DNA of 59,473 bases from Candidatus Woesearchaeota archaeon (GTDB taxonomy: Archaea; Nanobdellota; Nanobdellia; Woesearchaeales; UBA525), in assembly GCA_014874255.1 (NCBI GenBank), contig JACWAN010000086.1, positions 1-59,473 of the forward strand, read 5' to 3'. The notes under the pieces were generated by a model, which was given only the letters and a program-made list of their open reading frames with translations, searched no databases and was not told where the DNA came from. This document shows positions 52,862 to 59,473 of the stretch, piece by piece; position 1 is the stretch's first letter, and every line of letters begins with the position of its first letter. Made by a program: the position numbers and the translations under genes.

Positions 52862-55399
52862 ATGGGAGAGGAGACCGCAATCTGGACGGAGAAATACCGG
52901 CCGAAGAAGTTCTCAGAGGTGCTCGGCCAGCAGGAGATCGTCGAGAAAGTCGAAGCGTTCGTCAAGCAAGGCAACATGCCTCACCTGCTCTTCGCCGGAC
53001 CCGCGGGCATCGGAAAAACAACCCTCTCCCTGGTCATCGCCCGCCAATTATACGGGGATGAATGGCGCGGTAATTTTCTTGAGCTCAACGCGTCCGACGA
53101 ACGCGGCATCGACGTGGTGCGCGTCAAGGTGAAGGACTTCGCGAGGACGCGCGCGATCGGCGACGTCCCCTTCAAGATCATCTACCTGGACGAGTGCTTC
53201 GGCTACGACGCAAAGGTCACCATCCGCACCGAGCACGGCGTCGAAGAACGGCGGATCGGCGACGTCGTCGAGAACGTCGACGCCGCGGACGTCCTCTCCG
53301 TGGACGAATCCGGGCGGCTCGCCTTCACGCCCATCAACGGGTTCCTCAAGCTCCCCCACAAGGCCGAGCAAGGGTTCTACCGCGTCACGCTCAACGGCCG
53401 CAGCATCGAAGCGACCGGAAACCACCTGCTCCTCACCCCCGACGGCTGGAAGCGGGTCGATGCATTGACGAACGGCGAACGGATCCTCTGCCCGCCCGAA
53501 ACCCCGCCTGTCGGAAAAGAAGAGCCGCTCCGCCCGGTCCAGTATGTCCTGACCGGCCTCCCTCAGGAGATCAAGGCGAAAGAACGGTACATCGCCCGCT
53601 CGCCCGAGAAGAAGGTCGTCGAGCTCCTCGCCACCCACCCGGAAGGGCTGACACGGCGTGACCTCACCGCGCTGAGCGGCATCGCCTCGCCGAAGCTCTC
53701 AAGTATCCTCTCGCCGAGGAAGAACGAGTACTACCTCTCACTCCCCCATCACGGCCTCGTCCGGAACGACAACGGGCGGTTCACCCTCGTCGGGGAGAAG
53801 AACGCGGCGATCGACCGCCTCTGCCGCATCAAGCGCGCGCAGAATCCGCGGAACCAAGGATATATCGAGGGAGCCCTCTCTGAGAAAGGGCTTTATCCTT
53901 TGCAGCCAGAGAAGGCGCTCATCGTCGCGCGGATCGCCGGCCATCTCTTCGGCGACGGCTCCCTCAGCCTCAAGACACGCTCACTCTTCTTCTCCGGCAA
54001 GGAAGAGGACATGCGTCGCATCAAGGAGGATATCGCCACCCTGGGTTTTTCGAGCCTCGGCAACATCCGCGAGACCCGCTGGCGGAACGGTCGCTGCTGG
54101 TCCTTCACTGAGTCGAAGATCGCGCTCCTCAGCGCCTTCTACTCCCTCGGCGTCCCTGTCGGGAAGAAGACCGACACCTTCGTCCGCGTGCCCGGATGGG
54201 TGCTCCGCGGCGATGCTGTCGTCAAGCGGGAGTTCCTCGCCGCGCTCTTCGGAGCGGAAGGATCAACCCCTTCCTTCCAAGGACGGACGATCAAGCCCGT
54301 CGTGGTCGCGCAGGCAAAACGCCGCGACCTCGAGGAGAACCTGCGCGAATACCTAGAACAGCTCCGCCTGCTCCTCGAGGGCTTTGGCATAGCAGTCGAG
54401 ACGAAGATGACGAGACGTACCAAGAACATCCGGACCGACGGCACAGAGACAATCGAGGGCATGATATGGGTGAAGAACAGCCGCGCCAACATCATCCGGT
54501 TCCTCGAACGGATCGGCTACCGCTACGCGGCCGAGAAGGAGACGGAGGCGGCACGCGTCCTCCGCTATCTCCGCTGGAAAGAGGCGCTCGGCCGCGACGT
54601 CTATCGCTTCCACGCGCCGCATTACGCCGTCTGGAAGGAGCAGTATCTGGTCGGAGATTCAGCGTTCCATTATGTCACCGGTCTCGAGAAGATTGACGAT
54701 CCGGCAGCGGTCTATTGCCTGCAGACCGCGAACCAGCGATTCATCGCCGACGATGTCGTCGTCCACAATTGTGATGCCCTGACGAAAGAGGCGCAGCAAG
54801 CGCTCAGGCGCACGATGGAGAACTACACGCAGACCTGTCGTTTCATCCTCAGCTGCAACTACAGCTCGAAAATCATCGATCCCATCCAAAGTAGATGTAC
54901 GGTTTTCAGATTCAAACCATTGGCGAAGGAAGAGATCTTCAAGATCATCAAGCACGTCGCCAAGTCAGAATCCTTGACGATCGACGCGAAAGGCGAGGAA
55001 GCGCTCTTCACCGTGAGCAACGGCGACGTCAGGAGAGTAGAAAACCTGCTGCAGGCGTGCGCCGCCCTCAGCAAGAAAGTGACGGAGGACGTCGTCTACA
55101 GCATCGCCTCCTACGCGAAACCGAAAGAGATCGCTTCTCTTCTCGAACTGGCGAAGAAGGCGGACTTTGCAGGCGCGAAGAAACAGCTCCTTACGGTCCA
55201 GCTCGAGTACGGCTTATCCGGAGCGGACATCATCAAGCAATTGCAGGCAGCGGTCTGGCAGCTGAAGGACGTCGACGACAGAAAAAAACTGGAGATGATC
55301 AAGCAGTGCGGCGAAGCAGAGTTCCGCATGGTCGAAGGCAGCGACGAATTCCTCCAGCTGGAAGCGCTCTTAGCCGCGTTCACGCTCAGTTTGCAGTGA
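52862..55399 (+). CDS. rfcS: replication factor C small subunit, interrupted by an intein
   Basis: WTEKYRPKKF, GPAGIGKTT, IIYLDE|C...HN|CDALT (split Walker B), and QSRCTVFRF. The exteins sum to about 320 aa. Confidence 0.9.
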   Translation: MGEETAIWTEKYRPKKFSEVLGQQEIVEKVEAFVKQGNMPHLLFAGPAGIGKTTLSLVIARQLYGDEWRGNFLELNASDERGIDVVRVKVKDFARTRAIGDVPFKIIYLDECFGYDAKVTIRTEHGVEERRIGDVVENVDAADVLSVDESGRLAFTPINGFLKLPHKAEQGFYRVTLNGRSIEATGNHLLLTPDGWKRVDALTNGERILCPPETPPVGKEEPLRPVQYVLTGLPQEIKAKERYIARSPEKKVVELLATHPEGLTRRDLTALSGIASPKLSSILSPRKNEYYLSLPHHGLVRNDNGRFTLVGEKNAAIDRLCRIKRAQNPRNQGYIEGALSEKGLYPLQPEKALIVARIAGHLFGDGSLSLKTRSLFFSGKEEDMRRIKEDIATLGFSSLGNIRETRWRNGRCWSFTESKIALLSAFYSLGVPVGKKTDTFVRVPGWVLRGDAVVKREFLAALFGAEGSTPSFQGRTIKPVVVAQAKRRDLEENLREYLEQLRLLLEGFGIAVETKMTRRTKNIRTDGTETIEGMIWVKNSRANIIRFLERIGYRYAAEKETEAARVLRYLRWKEALGRDVYRFHAPHYAVWKEQYLVGDSAFHYVTGLEKIDDPAAVYCLQTANQRFIADDVVVHNCDALTKEAQQALRRTMENYTQTCRFILSCNYSSKIIDPIQSRCTVFRFKPLAKEEIFKIIKHVAKSESLTIDAKGEEALFTVSNGDVRRVENLLQACAALSKKVTEDVVYSIASYAKPKEIASLLELAKKADFAGAKKQLLTVQLEYGLSGADIIKQLQAAVWQLKDVDDRKKLEMIKQCGEAEFRMVEGSDEFLQLEALLAAFTLSLQ
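53195..54769 (+). mobile_element. intein (525 aa) with LAGLIDADG homing-endonuclease domain, inserted in the RFC Walker B motif
   Basis: Starts with Cys (CFGYDAKV) and ends VVHN, followed by +1 Cys. LAGLIDADG-like IAGHLFGDGSL and LAALFGAEGS. Confidence 0.85.
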
Positions 55400-56344
55400 T
55401 CAGAGATACTCGATGTAGACTTGGAAGAACTTCTCGAAGCTCTGCTCCAGTTTGGCGAGGAGGAAGCGGTGCAGCTTCGCCTGATAGCCTTTGTCGTGGG
55501 CCTCCAACGCCGAGAGATAGGCGATGCGCGCGCTCTTCCTGATGATCAGGGGCGGGTAGCCTTCTTTCAGGAGGATCGCGTTGAGGAGGATGCGTCCGAC
55601 GCGTCCGTTACCGTCTTCGAAGGGGTGGATGCGCTCGAAGCGGGCGTGGAAATCGGCCGCCTTCTTGAGCGGGTGCTCTTCGCTCTCCTCCAGCCAGCGG
55701 AGCAGCTCGTGCAGCTCTTCCTGCACCCGCTCCGGTCTCGCTGTCTGCACATCACGCATCACGAGGAAGTTGGGCGCCCGCTTGAAACCGGTCGCCACAC
55801 CCGTCCCCTCGACGACGATGCGGTGCAGCTTGCGGATCGAGGGGATCGTCAGCTTCACCTTGTTCGCGAAGAGGAGGTCGTTCGCGGCTCGCGTGTTGCG
55901 CGTCTCGTAGACCTCGCGCAGCTCCTTGTTCGACGGCAGCCGCTCCTCGGTGAGGATCAGGGTCACGTCCTTCAGCGTGAGCGAGTTGCCCTCGAGGGCG
56001 TTCGACTCGTACGTGAAGTTGATGCTGAACCGGTCGATCAGGTCGCGCCGCTGCACCGGCGAGAGACGCCGCTTGATGCGCTTGTATTCGACGCGGTAGC
56101 GTTCCAGCTTGCGCAGCTTCTCCTCGGTGAGGACCGCGTCGCGTCTGTAGCGCGCCAACGCCTCTTTCTGGTGGGCGGCCACTTCCTGCTCGTCGAGGGC
56201 ACGTTGCACCGTTTCGTTCTCCGCGTCCTTCGCCTCCTTGATTAGCTTGGCCGCCTTCGCCACCTTCCCGCTCGGCAAGCGGAAGGAGCGTTCCGCGTAG
56301 AGATAGGTGTGCCCTTTCACCCGCTTCTTCGCTGTGCGCGTCAT
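55400..56344 (-). CDS. Fic-domain protein (AMPylase family) with internal inhibitory motif
   Basis: HPFEDGNGRVGR active-site motif. An upstream S-N-A-L-E-G matches the (S/T)xxxE(G/N) inhibitory helix. Confidence 0.85.
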   Translation of the reverse strand: MTRTAKKRVKGHTYLYAERSFRLPSGKVAKAAKLIKEAKDAENETVQRALDEQEVAAHQKEALARYRRDAVLTEEKLRKLERYRVEYKRIKRRLSPVQRRDLIDRFSINFTYESNALEGNSLTLKDVTLILTEERLPSNKELREVYETRNTRAANDLLFANKVKLTIPSIRKLHRIVVEGTGVATGFKRAPNFLVMRDVQTARPERVQEELHELLRWLEESEEHPLKKAADFHARFERIHPFEDGNGRVGRILLNAILLKEGYPPLIIRKSARIAYLSALEAHDKGYQAKLHRFLLAKLEQSFEKFFQVYIEYL

Positions 56345-56353
56345 ACAGAGCGG

Positions 56354-56396
56354 TTATACCTACAGATTTATATATTTAATCTTTTTGTAGGTATAA
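56354..56396. promoter_or_regulatory. 11-bp perfect inverted repeat bracketing the fic TATA box (putative operator)
   Basis: TTATACCTACA (56354-56364) and TGTAGGTATAA (56386-56396) flank ATTTATATATTTAAT. The fic start is at 56344. Confidence 0.55.
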
Positions 56397-56458
56397 CTTC
56401 CGGAATCGACGGAGAAACGACGAAGACCCCGCGTTCACGCTCAGCCTGCAGAAGTGAC

Positions 56459-56860
56459 CTACTTGTGGAGTCCCCTCTTCGCTATCGCTTCCAGCGTCGG
56501 AGAGGGCGAGCATTTCTCGAGGAAAAAACCTCCTTCGAACGGTCGACCTTCCTCTTCGAAAGCGAAGCGTCCCTTGAAGAGGTCTCCATCTTTCTGTCCC
56601 GCGTAGAGGATTTCTGCTCTCGCCGCGCTTCCGGTCGGATTGGAGTACCATTTCGTGAACACGATCCGCGAAGAGGATATTGTCCCTCGGAACTCTCCCT
56701 TCCCGTACTTATCATTGATGGAGCCACTGATGTTCATAAAATCTCCCGGGAGACTCGATTGTTCTTCGATGAAGAGGAAGAACGGCGATTCTTCGACAAT
56801 TCCGACATCTTTGTATGTCTGGGTCCAAACACCCATATAGTCTGGTTGTGGGTAGGCCAT
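56459..56860 (-). CDS. hypothetical protein (lower-GC gene)
   Basis: 133 aa. TATA-like GGTTTATAAAAT about 28 nt upstream on the minus strand (leaderless). Confidence 0.5.
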   Translation of the reverse strand: MAYPQPDYMGVWTQTYKDVGIVEESPFFLFIEEQSSLPGDFMNISGSINDKYGKGEFRGTISSSRIVFTKWYSNPTGSAARAEILYAGQKDGDLFKGRFAFEEEGRPFEGGFFLEKCSPSPTLEAIAKRGLHK

Positions 56861-56981
56861 TCATTCTGGATGGTGACCGAGGTTTATAAAATTATCTCCT
56901 GGAGAATGGAGACTCTTTTCTCGTCGGTAGTAGATTCTAGAAACGGAAAACGTTTGGAAAAGGGGTTTATCGTTCGAGCGT

Positions 56982-57371
56982 TCAGTGGAGGAACTGGTAC
57001 TTGTACCGCATCCACGATTCGCTGCCGTAGCTCCCGTACGGGTAGCCGTAGTACGGCTGGTACAGGTTCGCCACGCGCGCGACGCCGTAGTCCGGATAGA
57101 CCGGGTCACGGATGTTGTAGATGTTGTAGTCCGCGCCGTACCGGGTGAGGCCGAGCGGGGGGCTGATGTAGTTGTACATGCCCTGATCAACGGGGAACTG
57201 CGCGGTGTACGCGCCGATCCGCGGCTGGCCGTAGCCGACGTATTGCGCGTTCGGGTACGCGGTGCCGCCGCAATAGCTGCTGCCGCAGTACGCGAGCGTC
57301 GACGGCAGGAGCAGGATCGCCGCGAGGACGACCATGAGTATGGCCTTCTGCAGGTTCTTGAACATCTTCAT
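56982..57371 (-). CDS. small secreted Tyr/Gly/Pro-rich protein
   Basis: ATG 57371 (MKMFKNLQKAILMVVLAAILLL signal), with SD-like GAGG. An upstream GTG at 57395 is possible. The mature part is rich in Y, G and P. Confidence 0.55.
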   Translation of the reverse strand: MKMFKNLQKAILMVVLAAILLLPSTLAYCGSSYCGGTAYPNAQYVGYGQPRIGAYTAQFPVDQGMYNYISPPLGLTRYGADYNIYNIRDPVYPDYGVARVANLYQPYYGYPYGSYGSESWMRYKYQFLH

Positions 57372-57504
57372 GTATATCGACCTCTTTGTTGTCACCGTGT
57401 AGTACTCTTAATTATATAAATGTTTCGTTTTTTGCTTTTAGTAAGTGGTAACAATTGAGGAGAGTTTTTTATTTTTCTATATTGATAATTATTCTTTTCA
57501 CGAC

Positions 57505-57677
57505 GGGCGCCGCGGAGATTTTGTTCTCCCGCACGGAACGTGTTCCGCGTTCCGGCGCCCCGGCAGCCTCTGGCTGCCGTTGGCTCCGGTCCGAGATATT
57601 ATCGGGCGCTCACGTAGATGGCCTCGCAAAAACGCGAGCCCATGTTCGCGCCCGGACATCGCTCCAAGGCGGCGCCC
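57505..57677 (+). ncRNA. S-family structured element, copy E (with ~55-nt insertion)
   Basis: Closing stem GGGCGCCGC/GCGGCGCCC. Hairpin GGAG-ATTTTGTT-CTCC. Blocks TCCGGTCCGAG and GGGCGCTCAC. Apical hairpin ATGGCCTCGC/GCGAGCCCAT, then GTTCGCGCCC and CCAAGG. TATA-like CTATATTG is centred about 25 nt upstream. Confidence 0.55.
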
Positions 57678-57725
57678 TGCCTCTCGACGGACGTATTAAT
57701 TATTTCTATACAGAAAACAATTCTC

Positions 57726-57733
57726 GCATAAAA
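57726..57733 (-). terminator. oligo-T terminator (minus strand) after the PRC-barrel gene
   Basis: An A-run on the plus strand (a T-run on the minus strand) starts 7 nt after the stop at 57740. Confidence 0.4.
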
Positions 57734-57739
57734 AAAGCC

Positions 57740-58009
57740 TTAGATGATCTCCTCTTCCGCCACCACGAGGAAGTCGCCCATCGCGATCACCGCGGAGAAC
57801 GGGATCAAAGGCTCGCCGTCCTTGGACTTCTCGAGGTCGAGCTTGTCCGTGTACGGCGTCGGATTCCGCAACACCAGATGGATCAGCTCGCCGCTGGTCG
57901 TCTCGAAGATCACGTCGCCGACCTCGCCGAACCGCTTCCCGGTCTTGGAGACGACAGTCTTACCGATGATCTGTCGCGAAAGCTTCTTCTCTTCTTCAGC
58001 CATGAGCAT
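57740..58009 (-). CDS. PRC-barrel-domain protein
   Basis: IIGKTVVSKTGKRFGEVGDVIFETTSGELIHLVL..IPFSAVIAMGDFLVV. Start at the internal Met of ORF 57740..58132. Confidence 0.65.
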   Translation of the reverse strand: MLMAEEEKKLSRQIIGKTVVSKTGKRFGEVGDVIFETTSGELIHLVLRNPTPYTDKLDLEKSKDGEPLIPFSAVIAMGDFLVVAEEEII

Positions 58010-58147
58010 CACCACGATTCTGCTAGAGTCGCTGACGTGCGCCGAATATTTAAATGTTTCCCTCGTCCCCGCCGGGAAAACCCACCCCCCTCCTCCACTA
58101 GATTTAAATAGTATTCCCGCCTCACCGCACAAGAGGCGTCATCTCAT

Positions 58148-59296
58148 ATGAAAAACGACCTGGACAAGGCGGTCTATTCCTATTCCACCAGCGGCGCAGG
58201 CAACGAGCTCGAGGAGGAGAACAAGCTCCTCAAGGACACGATCGAGCAGCTCCGCCTCGAAGTGGAAAAGTATAAAGCACCCGCCCTCCTGGTGGCGGAG
58301 ATCGGCGAGATCATCTGGCAGAAACAGCACCGCCACGCCATCATTAAGGTGCCGAACGGCAACCAGTTCTACGTCAACATCGGCGACGGCCTCCCGGACC
58401 TCATCCCCGGCGACTCCGTCCTCGTCGAGCAGAAGAACCTCACCATCGTCGAGAAAGTCAGCACGACGCGGAAGTTCGCGGTCGAGCAGTTCGTCATCCT
58501 GGAAAAACCGACCGTCACCTGGGAGGAGATCGGCGGCCTCCAGCAGCAGATCGAGGAGATCAAGGAAGTGATCGAGCTCCCCCTCACCAAGCCGGAGCTC
58601 TTCAAGAAGGTCGGCATCACCCCGCCGAAAGGGATCCTCCTCTACGGGCCGCCCGGCACTGGAAAAACATTGCTCGCGAAAGCGGTCGCCAACTCCACCA
58701 ACTCCACGTTCATCGAGGTCGTGGGCAGCGAACTGGTCCAGAAGTTCATCGGCGAGGGCGCGAAGCTCGTCAAGGACATCTTCGCCTTCGCCCGCGAGAA
58801 AGCGCCGAGCATCGTCTTCATCGACGAGATAGATGCGCTCGCGTCCAAGCGCGTCGACATGGGCACGTCGGGAGAGCGGGAGGTGCAGCGCACCTTCATG
58901 CAGCTGCTGGCGGAGATTGACGGCTTCAAGAACCTCGGCAACGTCAAGATCATCGGCGCCACCAATAGGAAGGACATCCTGGACGAGGCCGTGACGCGTC
59001 CGGGACGGCTGGACCGGCTCATCGAGGTGCCGAACCCGACGCTCGAGGGCATCCGCGAGATCTTCCGAATCCACACGCGGAGCATGCGCGTCGAGAAGAA
59101 GACCGATTTCGAGCAGCTCCTCAAGAAGATGGACAACTTCTCGGGCGCGGAGGTCAAGGCGGTCGTCACGGAGGCGGGCTACTTCGCCATCCGCGCGAAC
59201 CGCACCATCGTCAAGGAAGCCGACTTCTTCAAGGCGATCACCAAGGTGAAGCGCGCCGAGGAGGAGAACCGGGAATACGCGGCCATGTTCGGATGA
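58148..59296 (+). CDS. pan: proteasome-activating nucleotidase (AAA ATPase)
   Basis: N-terminal coiled coil and an OB segment. GPPGTGKTLLAKAVA, IVFIDEIDA, and the C-terminal ..EYAAMFG. Confidence 0.9.
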   Translation: MKNDLDKAVYSYSTSGAGNELEEENKLLKDTIEQLRLEVEKYKAPALLVAEIGEIIWQKQHRHAIIKVPNGNQFYVNIGDGLPDLIPGDSVLVEQKNLTIVEKVSTTRKFAVEQFVILEKPTVTWEEIGGLQQQIEEIKEVIELPLTKPELFKKVGITPPKGILLYGPPGTGKTLLAKAVANSTNSTFIEVVGSELVQKFIGEGAKLVKDIFAFAREKAPSIVFIDEIDALASKRVDMGTSGEREVQRTFMQLLAEIDGFKNLGNVKIIGATNRKDILDEAVTRPGRLDRLIEVPNPTLEGIREIFRIHTRSMRVEKKTDFEQLLKKMDNFSGAEVKAVVTEAGYFAIRANRTIVKEADFFKAITKVKRAEEENREYAAMFG

Positions 59297-59473
59297 GTTC
59301 TCAGCGCCGACACCACCGCCTTCAGGCGACGCGCTGCTGCTCCGTCGCTTCGGCTCCTGATCGACTCGTATGACCCGTCGCTCTGGCGCACGGGTTCGTC
59401 CTCGAACCCTTTGCGCCTCGGGACTCCTGGCCGTCGTCCGGATGCGTCGACCGAGTCCAGTGGAATCGCGTCC

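Overview
This window is a GC-rich (roughly 60% by eye) archaeal chromosome segment. The archaeal assignment rests on eS4, eL32, eL19, eL34, eL14, aSUI1, PAN, RFC and PriS. A fused PriS-PriL primase and missing adk, cmk and Rpp29 hint at a reduced, DPANN-like lineage, but that is inference only.

Core content:
- fused DNA primase, an HD hydrolase and pyruvate phosphate dikinase (0.3-5.7 kb)
- a 22-gene ribosomal-protein cluster from uL3 to uL15, with SUI1 embedded (7.2-21.0 kb)
- secY, a DUF106/YidC-like insertase, eL34 and eL14
- pheT and pheS, and a radical SAM enzyme
- a lamin-tail-domain surface glycoprotein
- aMBF1
- a minus-strand envelope operon: two GT-C-like membrane proteins, a processive GT2 and a membrane-anchored thioredoxin-like protein
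- RFC small subunit carrying a 525-aa LAGLIDADG intein
- a Fic protein, two PRC-barrel proteins and PAN

Accessory content:
- an AT-rich single-gene island encoding an Arch-ATPase/STAND-like NTPase, which interrupts the secY-eL34 synteny
- a toxin-antitoxin cassette array (HEPN-MNT, RHH-RelE pseudogene, VapBC), bounded by repeats of the last codons of an adjacent 1343-aa cysteine-rich surface protein gene
- a three-gene secreted-protein operon headed toward that giant gene
- a second TA cluster (wHTH-MNT/HEPN, AbrB-RelE)

The most unusual signal is non-coding.
- S family: six copies of a 110-215 nt intergenic element whose helices covary. This is a candidate undescribed structured RNA.
- R family: a 165-205 bp MITE with 15-bp terminal inverted repeats and 9-bp target-site duplications. 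Three of the four intact copies sit 10-11 bp upstream of TATA boxes, and TIR-less core copies also occur, one inside the ribosomal operon.

I found no tRNA, rRNA or CRISPR array. All coordinates were derived by hand. RNA and repeat boundaries may be off by a few nt, and start codons are inferred from TATA and SD context.
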